Shown: piece by piece, positions 42,040 to 53,638 of the stretch | How positions within the stretch are numbered: the first letter of the stretch is position 1 | Layout: each line of letters begins with the position of its first letter | From: Nemertoderma westbladi | Lineage: Eukaryota > Animalia > Xenacoelomorpha | Direction of reading: 5' to 3' | NCBI GenBank assembly: GCA_032718475.1 | Contig: JAUCBJ010005549.1 | Span: 1 to 64,000, forward strand | DNA length: 64,000 nucleotides | Notes under the pieces: model-generated | Database searches by the model: none | What the model was told of the DNA's origin: nothing | What the model saw: the letters and a program-made list of their open reading frames with translations, nothing else | Made by a program: the position numbers and the translations under genes

Positions 42040-42560
42040 ATAGATAGATGGTAGATAGATGGTAGATAGTAGATAGAGATAGTGGATAGATAGATGGTAG
42101 ATAGATGGTAGATAGTAGATAGAGATAGTGGATAAATAGATGGTAGATAGATGGTAGATAGAAGATAGTAGTAGTGTACATAGTACCGTATAACCTGTGG
42201 GTACTGAGGGCACCACGTGGGGAATTGAGGGGTATGTACGCATACCATAGTAGTAGGGTACATAGTAGTGTAGAACCTGTGGGCACTGAGGGTGCCACAT
42301 GAGGAATTGAGGGGTATGTACGCATACCATAGGAGTAGGGTACATAGTACCGTAGTACCTGTGGGCACTGAGGGCGGCACGTGAGGAATTGAGGGGTATG
42401 TACGCATACCGGAGTAGTAGGGTACATAGTACCGTAGAACCTGTGGGCACTGAGGGCGCCATGTGAGGAATCGGGGGGTATGTACAGTACACATACCGGA
42501 GTAGTAGGGTACACAGTACCGTAGAACCTGTGGGCACTGAGGGCGCCACGTGAGGAACTG
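42040..42560. repeat. (TAGA/TGG) microsatellite followed by an 82-bp tandem repeat in the BEL 3' UTR
   Basis: CATAGTA-type unit starts at 42179, 42261, 42343, 42425 and 42512. Confidence 0.85.
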
Positions 42561-43918
42561 AGAAGGCAGATAGGATAATAGCACAGGCAGGGGGGGGAAC
42601 ATAAATAAATAAAATAAAATTAGGGGAATATTAGCACGAAGGAAAGAACAAGGTAGGAGGTAGGCCATCATTGATTTAAACCGTAGTCAAGTGCAACATT
42701 TTTCCAATTAGCTACTGGGATTGGGGACTAATTGACTAGAACAGCAGGACGAGACTTAGACTAACATGGTGCACACATGTGTGGGACCCGATAAGTGTGT
42801 GGAGAGTGAAAACGAAAATGGGGGAATGGGGGAAGTATGGGGAGGAGGTGTTGGCATGTGAGGGAGTGAAAGGAGTGCGATTAAAGTGTGGGGGGCAAGC
42901 ACGGATGAGGATGAGTCCCAAGGGACTGGTGAGAGAGGAAGGGACAGCAAGGTCCGTGAAGAAGATTTGAGGAAGGTTAGATAAAAATTGTGTGGAGAGA
43001 GAGGACAATGATCTCAAACAGAGACACCAGATACCTTGGTGCAACATAGCTCGCGATTGGACCAAGGATGGGTAGTACCAACATACCCATGGGGGCCGGT
43101 CTGGAAAGCCGACCCCGAGATGAAAACACCACCCCACATCCAATATTAGATTGGATTCCAGCGGAATTGAAGCGCACTTGAGGTTGATGCTATCTTCTCA
43201 CCGGGAAGATAGCGGGGGGGGGGGGGGGGGGGAGTGTAAGCGGATTCAATTCCCTACACCACCCACCGAAAATGGGACCAGCATGAGGCTAGCATCAGGG
43301 AGTAACACCTACAGTGAGTGGCGAAGTGACAATTAGTATATAAGCCAATAGTGGGCAGGGAAGCACGTGGGGAAGGATAGTAAGGCATCCATTGGGTACC
43401 AAAGGCCACAGTAGCGTAGAGCTGAAACCAATATGTATCAATCATATAGTTACTCAGATTACTGATTTACTGGTCAGTTCATTATTACATAGTTGCGGAC
43501 CGGCATAGTTTTGACCGTCATTTCATATGTGCTGCTATCGTCATTCATGCTATACTGATTATTGTTACTATACCTGTATACATCTGACTGTGCTATTATT
43601 TCTGAGATTATTAATACTGAGAAACAAATTCTGTTATTTTCCCCAACGGCCTTCGGCCAAAGATATTAGCTCAGCAGCCCAGCAGCCAAGTGACGCTTAC
43701 AATCTTACCCGGTCGGGATCTGAGACTCGATCCCGTCACAATTTAAAATATACCAATGAAACAAAAATTAGAATCTATTCGATCGGAAAAGTCAAGGAGA
43801 AAAATGGTGTGTAAAACGATTCCTTATACAACATTATTTCCACTCTAAATATATGTATACTGCTATTTGTGTATATTTTTACTGTCACCTGACAATGAAC
43901 CGTTTAATAGGCACATAG

Positions 43919-44123
43919 CCCTTACATGATTTCACCCACTTTCTCCCTTCCTTACAGCGTTTGGAACCTTTTCTACCAGCCAACTGAGTATAAAACCCTT
44001 ACACTAGTTCGACCCCTCTTTCCATTCCTTACATGATTTCAACGTCCAATCAAATAATAGTTCATTAACCAATCCCAGGTGTTAATACAATAGGTGTTCC
44101 TAGTAGTGTAAGGATTGGGAATA
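43919..44123. repeat. Right arm of the inverted pair (partner 30510-30723)
   Basis: Diverged reverse complement of 30510-30723. Confidence 0.75.
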
Positions 44124-44258
44124 CGCGACCAGGTCCTTATAGCTTGCAATCTCACAGTACTGCTATATTCATACCTGTATATTTGAGTAGGCCTATATGG
44201 TAGTAAGTCCGGATTACTGCCATGGTATGTATGGAAAACATATAATATCAAAATTATA

Positions 44259-44494
44259 TTGACACAGTTCGGGTAGGGTGGGTTGACCTCAGGTGACTAG
44301 TGAAATGAATAACAACAGTTTTTAGAAGCTTTCTCCCAACAGGGCTTTCCATAATTACCTGAAGAAGCCCTGTTGGGAGAAAGCTTGTAATAACTGTTGT
44401 TATTCATTTCACTAGTCACCTGAGGTCAACCCACCCTACCCGAACTGTGTCCATATGACTACCAAGGTGACGAGAGCGCGAGAATTCCTCCTTA
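44259..44494 (+). mobile_element. Penelope-like pLTR fragment with inverted duplication
   Basis: 87-bp arms at 44261-44347 and 44365-44451. Flanked by AATATCA(A/G)AATTATA. Confidence 0.7.
44354..44391 (+). ncRNA. Minimal type I hammerhead ribozyme motif
   Basis: ATTAC-CTGAAGA-AGCCCTGTTGGGA-GAAA-GCTT-GTAAT: stem I ATTAC/GTAAT, CUGAnGA and GAAA cores, palindromic AAGCTT stem III. Confidence 0.65.
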
Positions 44495-45016
44495 AATATC
44501 AGAATTATAGTGAACTATAAGTATAATAAGAGGTAACCTTCTGTATCAGTTAAGCAGTACTGCAGTATATCAATTTAACACCAAAACCAAAATATAATGG
44601 GTATGGGGCGAGCCATATAATACAATAGCACCGCTATATGCGAATACACAAATGAGTAATTCAATGCCTGTGAGACCCAATATTTTATTCATAATATTTT
44701 TCAATTTTTAACTTATCTACTTACAAGCTGTTAATAAGCATCGTATCCGTACATTTAGCACTCTACTTATATTGCACTATACTATACTATTTAGCAATAT
44801 ACTTAATTCTTTATTTTTTGAATATTTTCTAGATATCAATAGAAACGTTGTTATCTTCAGGTACCCTAAACAATATGAATACCAATACTTTCCTAAAATC
44901 AACATTAATCTTATGTATTCCTGACTATAGTTAAATATTCGAGAATATTAATAATAATTATACTCATTCAACGCCTAGAATTACAAAATTAGGTTAAGGT
45001 TATAATTAGTTAGAGT

Positions 45017-45370
45017 TTAGATAGGTAGGTAGCATTGCTTGAGATATTTTGAGAAAGTCCTCTTTGTGTTTTGATTTTTTATAATCACTGGGATTGCGTT
45101 CCATATGGATGGGCCCAAAAAACTCATGGATCCTTGTGTGGAAGAAAGTCTAACAAGGGGGGTGTAAAAATTGAGTTTAGTTGCAGCACGAGTAGCGTAG
45201 CCATGTACTGTTGATGTTTTAGAAAAGAGCTGACCAAGGTCAGAGTTCGGAGGGATGGAGTTAGTGTGAATGTCGAACATAAACAAGGATACTTGGTGTT
45301 TAAACAATAAATCAAGGGGGGAATATGTTGAGAGATTTATATAGTAGGTTGGAGGAAGCTTGGGAGTTTG
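45017..45370 (-). pseudogene. 3' fragment of an L2/CR1-group LINE ORF2
   Basis: LFMF..HGYATR..SMSFLGPSIWNAIP..IK..FSKYLK, a typical ORF2 C-terminus. Confidence 0.7.
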
Positions 45371-45873
45371 TGTTTATCTTAAAAGAATCATTTAAGACAT
45401 TGCAGTGGCTTTTAAACCAAGCCTGGAAAAGATTATGATTGTGATTTCAAGATTATGTACTATGCTGCTGGTCCACTTCTTTTCTATCCTGTCAATCATC
45501 AAGTTGTATAGAATGGACTACACTCGGCCTAACATTAGCATAATGTGCAGTTCAGAATGCAATAAATAAATCAGCGTGTTTCCTGAACTATCTTAATACG
45601 AGGTATGGAACTACAGTAACCATGGTACTAAACTTGTCACGCTCTTATAACACAAACACATACAGGTACACTTGCCATGGATTCGTTTCCATATTTCTGT
45701 ATTAATTATTGATAACGCAAATTACTAGTGTGTGTATGGGATGCCCTTTAGTCCTTTCGTATATTAACGATACTATATGCAATTTGTGAGGCAATCATCA
45801 CTTTACTCGATATACTGCCTGCAGTTACTGTTTAATACAAATTTACTCCATACTATACACAAGATAGAGTACA

Positions 45874-46159
45874 ATGTGGTCTGCTTATGTAACTATTTAC
45901 ATTCTGGCAAATTTTGCTACATCAGTGTCATATTGTGGATTGTATATCAACTCTTTCTGCACTAACCAGACTTCACTTGGTGTGTCTACCAAAGCATCAT
46001 CATTGAATGAATGCAGCATTGATTGCGAACATAATAACCGCTGCTGGTCCTTCAACTTCACTGACGACAGATGCGAGATATTCGAAGAGGACTGTCTCGC
46101 AGACATGGCCAACTGGGATACTGAGGTTCTTGGGAACCGATGGATAAGAAAGAAAAAAG
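45874..46159 (+). CDS. Secreted lectin, exon 1 (signal peptide + PAN/apple-like domain)
   Basis: ACAATG start, hydrophobic leader and SLNECSIDC..CWSFNF..CEIF. Donor AAAG|GTAAGT. Confidence 0.75.
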
Positions 46160-48631
46160 GTAAGTTAGAATATTTTATGTTGTGAAAATAATTTCTATAG
46201 TGGACTCGACATTCTGCAGGATATTTAAAACAATACAATGTCTACTATCTATGAAATATAAGAAATTCATGATCTTACAACAGTTCTATCATTGAAGTTA
46301 AGTTTACGAAGTAAGCGAGCTTAGCCAAATGGTTACGGACAGCTTTTTCAACCATTTGCTTGACGGGCGGTCGGACTGTCTGCCGGATTGTCTGACTGTC
46401 TGTGTAGTAAAGTTGATGCCGTTATTCCCGACACCAAGGGGGAAAACGCCGATGCTGGAGGCGGAATTTTCAGACCACTTTATCCCGGCCAGTCACCGTA
46501 TATTGGGAGTGGAGAAGGATATTACCTGAAATGCACAATTGCGGGTAGAGAAAAAGTTTCATTGGTTGGATATAATCTTTAATGTAACTTGACTCTGGTT
46601 GAACTCTGATTGAGAATAATTTGGGCTTCCCCACACCAATATACCAAATATTCACAATAATACACAAATATAAATTCCTACAGTAAATTATTTAATTCCC
46701 CACTGTTCGCTTTCAGATTTTGACCTAACTAATGTTCCCCATTTTCCCTCGGTCCTAGTCCTGGTACCGTAGTGTCAGTGTCGGTCGATCCTTCGCATGT
46801 CCGTCCCACCCTTCCTGAACCGTGACGGGATCGGTCATCAGGAAAGCAGTACGGATTAGCTAGGGGTCTGTCGGTTCATCACAGGGTCCCAACCACCTAA
46901 GCTTTCCGAATCCTTTTCAGGCTCGTAATCGCGTCGGTAGCCAAGAACCTGCTCCGAATAGTCGGTAGGCCAGTAGAGTCCGGTACTCTGTCTTTCGACC
47001 CTGTTGCATGTCCGTCCCACCCTTCCCGAACGCTAAAGGGATTGGTCATCAGGAAAGCGGTACGGCTTAGCTAGGGGTCTGTCAGCCCGTTGTGAGTGCC
47101 AACTGTCGGAGCTTTCCGAGTCCTTCTCAGGCTCGTACTAATGCCAGTCGTGGAACCTACGCCAGGAAGTCAGTCCTCGTCGAACCCTTCCTTTCCGTCT
47201 GGTCAGTCGATCCTTCGCAAGTCCCCAATGCGAAGACTCCTCAAGAGTACCTTTCAGGCTCAGTCATAGCCAACATACCGGGAACCGCTTAGGATCTGTC
47301 AGTTCCCATCACAAGGGTTGTCTAGGCCTCGGAACAAGGACTGCCCTTAGCGGTTCCTGGCCATCAGCGGCGATTACGAGCCTGAAAAGGATTCGGAAAG
47401 CTTAGCTGGTTGCAACAGGGATTTGCGACGGGAACTGACAGATCCTAAGTGGTTCCCGGGTCATTGGTTACGACTGAGCCTGAAAGGGACTCGGGCAGAG
47501 TCTTCGCATTGGGGACTTGCGAAGGATCGACTGACCGGACGGAAAGGAAGGGTTCGACAAGGACTGACTTCCTGGCGTGGGTTCCACGACTGGCGTTAGT
47601 ACGAGCCTGAAAGGGACTCGGAAAGCTCCGACAGTTGGGATTCACAACGGGCCGACAGACCCCTAGCTAAGCCGTACCGCTTTCCTGATGACCGATCCCT
47701 TTAGGGTTCGGGAAGGGTGGGACGGACATGTGACAGGGTCGAAAGACAGAGGACTGGACTCTACTGGCCTACCGACTATTCGGAGCAGGTTCTCGGCTAC
47801 CGACGCGATTACGAGCCTGAAAAGGATTCGGAAAGCTTAGGTGGTTGGGACCCTGCAATAAACCGACAGACCCCTAGCTAAGCCGTACCGCTTTCCTGAT
47901 GACCGATCCCATCAAGGTTCGGGACGGACATGCGAAGAAACGACCGACACTGACACTACGGTACCGGGACTAGGACCGAGGGAAAATGGGGAACATTAGT
48001 TAGGTCAAAATCTGAAAGTTAAGCGAACAGTGGGGTAATTAAATTATTTACTGTAGGAATTTATATTTATGTATTATTGTGAATATTTGGTACATTGGTG
48101 TGGGGAAGCTCAAATTATTCTCAATCAGAGTTTAACCAGAGTCAAGTTACAATATAGATTATATCCAACCAATGAAACTTTTTCTCTACCCGCAATTCTG
48201 CATCTCAGGTAATATCCTTCGCCACTCCCAATATCCAGTGACTGGCCGGAATAAAGTGGTCTGAAAATTGGAATAAATGATGAAATGTGGAATAAATGAT
48301 GAAATGTGGTAATAAATGATGAAGTGTGAAAGAAATAATGAAATGTAAAATGAATAAACTATAGAAATGAAAAAAGACAAAAAAAGTATAAAATGTAGAA
48401 TGGAAAAAGAATCTAAAAAAGAAGCGGACATAAAAAGTCAAAAAACTGGTTGGATAATAATGTATAGCTATAGTAACTGTAAATACTGAATGTAGTAACA
48501 ATAAGATGATAGATGCCTATATAGCAATAACATTAACTATATTAAAAATAACTATTCTGCAGTCGCTATAGAATCAGACTTTCTGGATTTATAATTAACT
48601 GAATTAATTTTTAACAGACGTAATTTACAAT

Positions 48632-49072
48632 TTGGACCCGAATCGCCAGATTCTTGGTGAATTAAGTAATACAATTGATTTATTGGAGTATACACAACCT
48701 GGATCTCCTAGTTTTGATGTGAAATGGAACAACCTATTGAGCGAGAATGTGCGAGTCATTCGTTTCTCCAGGAGGGAGGTACCGGATTCCCGTAACCTGC
48801 AGACGCTCCAGTTCACCGACGCAAGTACGAGCCTGAAAAGGACTCAGAACGCTGAGGTAACCGGAGGAGGAGAGTTGTCGTTCTGGGATACGTTTTGGCA
48901 AAGCATTTACAAATCCCGGTGCCTAATTTACGACAACGAGGGCAATGCGACGCCGACTCCAAAGGCGGTTACAATGGCGCGATGTCAGAGTTTCATTGAC
49001 GACAAGAGTACATATCTCGCACACTGGGAAACCTGGCGGAATGTACGGCGATGGTGCGAGAGGAATGTATGA
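48632..49072 (+). CDS. Unknown ORF, probably the frameshifted N-terminal part of the 49176 ORF
   Basis: 146-aa open frame at the start of the GC-richer core. A second frame bridges 49065-49180. Confidence 0.45.
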   Translation: MDPNRQILGELSNTIDLLEYTQPGSPSFDVKWNNLLSENVRVIRFSRREVPDSRNLQTLQFTDASTSLKRTQNAEVTGGGELSFWDTFWQSIYKSRCLIYDNEGNATPTPKAVTMARCQSFIDDKSTYLAHWETWRNVRRWCERNV

Positions 49073-49175
49073 CAGTCATCCAAAACCGAGACGACTATAA
49101 AGAGAAATACGGGACGAAGGAGTACGGTCGGTCGCTAATCGTTGTCCTCGGAACCCTAGACGGATTGGTACTGAT

Positions 49176-50975
49176 ATGTTGAATCTTCCCGACACCCCAA
49201 CAGGAATTACAGACAGCCGGGGCAATCTGGCTACTACCATCGGCGATCCAACAGGTATTGTCAGATATAAGTCAGATATAAAGGCGGATCTCCGGAACAA
49301 CTACACCAATGCTCCGTCCGGAAGGAATTGTAGAGAGGACATTAGTGCGATCAGCCACTTCATCGACAACCAAACCCTGCTGGCCTGGTTACTGGCCACG
49401 GACTTTATGGGCGGGTTTAAAGAGGTGAGACAGACTAAATCCGGTATCGGCTACCTAGCAGTGCAAAACGGCGGTTTAGATTTTAAACCACAGAAATTCC
49501 CGGACTACAATAAAATCTACGGCGTGCATCCGGATTTAGCGATACAGCATGAGCGGGAGAACTGTTGGAGGGACGTAGAGAGGAAGTGGATGATCCACCA
49601 ATGCTGGTATGATCCGGATCGACGAAACTACATCTACGTCACGATGGAATCGTACACGGTTGCCAAGTTTATCTGTAAAACGCTCGATAAACTCATTAGC
49701 GCGGCCCCCAAGTGCTTCATAGATTACGAATGGAACGAGGTGATCGACCACGCGTTTAAGGCAGTGCAGAATATCCCACCGGGAGATACCAAGACCCTAG
49801 ACTTAATCGAATCCTGGGACCTGCACGGACCATTCGATATCCCCACGATTACCGATCTCCTTGGCGCAGAGGAACCTATAGTATCGTCGGAAGGAGAGGA
49901 GTTATGGAAACACGAAGGCATTCTGCTATCCACACCAAAACGTCAACTCGAACCGGAAATCGCCTACGGATCAGCCACTAAACGTATCGCCGCGACTGAG
50001 CCTGCGACGGAATCTGGCGTAACCACTCCACTTGACTCCGGTAGTCCGGCGAGAGAGCTAGTTCCCACCCTCGCGCTTAGTGACTTCGACAATGCATGCA
50101 GGAGGTTATCTCCTTTCCCATTTCCTGGAGGAGAGCATTGGTCCACGGAAACTCCAAGTACCAGTACACTGCGACCCGATCGGCTATCCAAGTTACGAAG
50201 GGTCCTAGTATACCGCCAACCCCTGGAGACCTTCTTGGGATTCCTTCGGCGAATGTTCCGGCACCCCCGACAGATCCCGATCTTCTTAGGTCGGGAAATG
50301 CAATTCGACGTTTGCAGTAGCTGCGGTTCAGATCAGTGTCCTCGAGGAAACAAACAACGAGTTACCGAACCGTGTTTCCAAATCCTTGGGATACTCTATT
50401 GTCCATACTGCGCTACCCCGGGCCATGACGTAGCGGTTTGCCCGACACTTTATAGCATCTGTAAAACGGGCGGTTTCCGTGGGCATACAGCGCGCCCTCG
50501 ATGCAACATTAAATGTCCTACCAAGGACGTTACTGCTGCCGGGAACATGGTTATGTTCGAGACGTACGCCAATGCACACATAAAGACCAGAGCGCGATTG
50601 AGTGCCCGAAACGTCGCACAGGAGATGGCGTGCGGATATTTCTCGTTCCCCGAATGCCTCCATACGGTAAAGACCTTACCTTTCCAATATGTGGATTTAT
50701 TACTTAGCAGCGCTAATCTATTCGGCCCCTTCGAAGCGATCAGACGTCTATACTCGTATACGGAAGCGTTTGGAGACGGAGAATGGTTCCAGGCGGCTCG
50801 AACCACCGAGTTGGAGAGGAGAACAGATCTCATCTCGATACCTCCCCGAGGAAGGGCTGCCAGGAGGCAGGCAGGGGCGATGCTCACGTCGGCCAACGAT
50901 GCTCCTCTACCCGCACTGGGGATAGATGAAAGTCGACGGGCGAAGAAAAGGAAAGCATATCAAAGCAGGAGATAG
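49176..50975 (+). CDS. Unknown 599-aa protein with CCHC zinc-knuckle cluster and basic C-terminus
   Basis: CSSC..C, CPYCATPGHDVAVC (CX2CX4HX4C), degenerate CKTGGFRGH..C, and NLS-like RRAKKRK. Confidence 0.7.
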   Translation: MLNLPDTPTGITDSRGNLATTIGDPTGIVRYKSDIKADLRNNYTNAPSGRNCREDISAISHFIDNQTLLAWLLATDFMGGFKEVRQTKSGIGYLAVQNGGLDFKPQKFPDYNKIYGVHPDLAIQHERENCWRDVERKWMIHQCWYDPDRRNYIYVTMESYTVAKFICKTLDKLISAAPKCFIDYEWNEVIDHAFKAVQNIPPGDTKTLDLIESWDLHGPFDIPTITDLLGAEEPIVSSEGEELWKHEGILLSTPKRQLEPEIAYGSATKRIAATEPATESGVTTPLDSGSPARELVPTLALSDFDNACRRLSPFPFPGGEHWSTETPSTSTLRPDRLSKLRRVLVYRQPLETFLGFLRRMFRHPRQIPIFLGREMQFDVCSSCGSDQCPRGNKQRVTEPCFQILGILYCPYCATPGHDVAVCPTLYSICKTGGFRGHTARPRCNIKCPTKDVTAAGNMVMFETYANAHIKTRARLSARNVAQEMACGYFSFPECLHTVKTLPFQYVDLLLSSANLFGPFEAIRRLYSYTEAFGDGEWFQAARTTELERRTDLISIPPRGRAARRQAGAMLTSANDAPLPALGIDESRRAKKRKAYQSRR

Positions 50976-52882
50976 AAGACCAGGACATTTTATAGACACT
51001 TATTCGAACATTGATTTTTATACGTATGTAAACTGACTCTAGGACAAATTAATCAAGACTATGCAATAGTAAAAAATTGTGTTTTTTATATAGGGAAATG
51101 ACCTACGCAAACTCGAACTACAGATAGACCTCACGAAGGTCATTTGGGGGGACTGCTCGCGATTTCAATTTATCATAAAGCGAGATACATATTTTTTGGA
51201 TTTATATTTTATGAATGTGCCAATATCAGTAGTGGGTGCGGGAACATTAAATTTGGGCACATTCGATAGACTGGGGGCGATTTATGGGCGAATCTTGGGG
51301 CGACTTACGGGGCGCGGGAATCATATCAGATATGTAAGGGCCAGGGGTGGGAGGCAAAATCAAGCAATACTCTCAGCTGTCAGGGTTGCCTGATAGTTAC
51401 TGAGGCCTAGACAACCTCCTTCTACTTCGGTAGTTGGTAACCCACTAGGCCTGGGGACAAGGACTGCCCTTAGCGGTTCCTGGCCATCAGCGGCGATTAC
51501 GAGCCTGAAAAGGATTCGGAAAGCTTAGCTGGTTGCGCCAGGGATTTGCGACGGGAACTGACAGATCCTAAGCGGTTCCCGGTACGTTGGCTACGACTGA
51601 GCCTGAAAGGGACTCGGGCGGAGTCTTCGCATTGGGGACTTGCGAAGGATCGACTGACCGGACGGAAAGGAAGGGTTCGATGAGGACTGACTTCCTGGGG
51701 TGGGTTCCACGACTGGCGTTAGTACGAGCCTGAAAGGGACTCGGAAAGCTTCGACAGTTGGGACTCATAACGGGCCAACAGACCCCTAGCTAAGCCGTAC
51801 CGCTTTCCTGATGAGCGATCCCTTTATGGTTCGGGAAGGGTGGGACGGACATGCGACAGGGTCGAAAGACAGAGGATCGGACTCTACTGGCCTACCGACT
51901 ATTCGGAGCAGGTTCTCGGCTACCGACGCAATTACGAGCCTGAAAAGGATTCGGAAAGCTTAGGTGGTTGGGACCCTGCGATAAACCGACAGACCCCTAG
52001 CTAAGCCGTACCGCTTTCCTGATGACCGATCCCATCAGGGTTCGGGAAGGGTGGGACGGACATGCGAAGGATCGACCGACACTGACACTACGGTACCGGG
52101 ACTAGGACCGAGGGAAAATGGGGAACATTAGTTAGGTCAAAATCTGAAAGCGAACAGTGGGTAATTAAATAATTTACTGTAGCAATTTATATTTGTTTAT
52201 TATTGTGAATATTTGGTATATTGGTGTGGGGAAAGCCCAAATTATTCTCAATCAGAGTTCAACCAGAGTCAAGTTACATTAAAGATTATATCCAACCAAT
52301 GAAACTTTTTCTCTACCCGCAATTCTGCATCTCAGGTAATATTCTTCTCCACTCCCAATATCCGGTGACTGGCCGGATACCATAAAGTGGTTTGAAAATT
52401 CCGCCTCCAGCATCGGCGTTTTCCCCCTTGGTGTCGGGAATAACGGCAACAAAAGTTATGATTTGGTTAATATAAGTCAGTATAATAATAAAACAAAATA
52501 AATGACAATGAAAATCACAATAACAATGAAACACCTTAATAAACAAACTGCCCCTAATATTCCCCAAAATCGGGAAAAAATAGTTTTTTTCTCTGTAAAA
52601 TATTGTCAACCCGTATGGTTTGAATTGATTTTACTTTGATTAGATTAACATTCATGGTTCCTTGGTCATTTTTTGGCCATTCATTTTTTACATAATTTAA
52701 CTTAATCTATATGATGGATCAATAGGGTTCAATTGATTTTACTTTGTTTATAAAGAAAAATCAAAAATACAAAATTTTTTGATGGAATTTATTAAATTTT
52801 ATAGAAAAGCTTCAAAAAAATTAAAACTTTTTTGAGAAGTTTTTTTTCTCATGCAACAAATATTTATTTAATTTCATTCTAG

Positions 52883-53170
52883 TTAATTGGGCTGGTTTGT
52901 ACAACTCACCGTGTCGTATTGGCGACATAAATCTCGGAGATGTTTCACTAATGGAACAGAAAGACATCCTCACTTTTACAGAATGCATGTCCAGATGTGG
53001 GGCGACAAATTGTATGGGCGTCGCCTGGGCCTGGTCTGAGGGAGATCTACCTGCCACATTATGTTGGTTTGACCTTCAAACATATTCGAACACAAAACTA
53101 AGGGGCATAGTTTCAACACATAGAGACAATATAGCGTTCTTTGAGAAGAAAGGAAATATTGACTTACAAT
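52883..53170 (+). CDS. Secreted lectin, exon 2 (second PAN/apple-like domain)
   Basis: Acceptor TTCTAG. GLYNSPC..TFTECMSRC..CMGVAW..CWF parallels exon 1. Donor T|GTTAGT, phase 1. Confidence 0.7.
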
Positions 53171-53289
53171 GTTAGTTATGTTGGGGGCGACACAACTGGG
53201 CAACTGTTCGAGTTCCAGATGTGCATAGTGTGATATGTATATGTGTATATGATCTTCGTTTATTAGTAGTATTTGTGGTATTTTGCAGC

Positions 53290-53455
53290 TCCTGGTAGTT
53301 GTAGATTCTTTGCTTTCTGTATAAACCCTCTGATCTCTCGACTGAAACGATTTGCGGATGATGGTTTCATAAAAGCTCTTCACTTTCTTCTTCTGATGGA
53401 TGACTCAGCTTTGTTAGCCACTACTCGTGCTCGAGCTTTAGAGAAATTGAACATT
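53290..53455 (+). pseudogene. Small LINE RT fragment in intron
   Basis: LLLMDDSALLATTR..EKL resembles the RT catalytic segment. Confidence 0.55.
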
Positions 53456-53638
53456 AATTTTATGAAGAATTTAACATGTCCAAGACGAAGTTCGTGGTAG
53501 TACTCATGAGTAAACTATGTTATTTTAATTCTTAAATAGCTGCATATGTATTGAAATTTTTGTTTATAGTTAGGCTTATTTGGAATTTATGATAAGATGT
53601 ACCAGAAATCCTGCAACTAACTAACATATATATTTCAG

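Larger units (their letters stand above)
31753..43740 (+). mobile_element. BEL/Pao LTR retrotransposon, internally deleted, hosting nested RTE and Gypsy insertions
   Basis: LTRs 31753-32402 and 43235-43740 (TGTAAG...TCACA), TSD ATTTA and a G-rich PPT. Pao gag (ELPPVEPFKFDG), TPFGWTLTGP, and integrase remnant ECEGALNGKPL..ALLPAHIL. Confidence 0.88.
46417..52448. mobile_element. Unclassified ~6-kb element with ~1-kb inverted termini and a third internal copy
   Basis: 46417-47330 is the reverse complement of 51402-52448, with an internal deletion. 47322-48269 is a direct repeat of 51445-52400. Confidence 0.8.

Noticed and set aside
41732-42671. Three overlapping minus-strand ORFs over 200 aa
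   Set aside because: They derive from microsatellite and 82-bp repeats.
47680-47725. CTGATGA-stem-GAAG as a canonical hammerhead
   Set aside because: It has GAAG instead of GAAA, and I could not build stems I and III with a UH site. It is kept only as a structured module.
47092-51768. 66-aa ORF present in all three repeat arms
   Set aside because: Many differences between copies change amino acids and the start codons are non-ATG. It is explained by recent duplication.
46417-52448. Endogenous densovirus or Polinton
   Set aside because: Size and ITRs are suggestive, but no NS1/SF3 Walker motifs, capsid, pPolB or integrase were recognised.
53152-53160. Non-canonical GA donor (AAAG|GAAATA) for lectin exon 2
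   Set aside because: A canonical in-phase GTTAGT donor lies 18 nt downstream.
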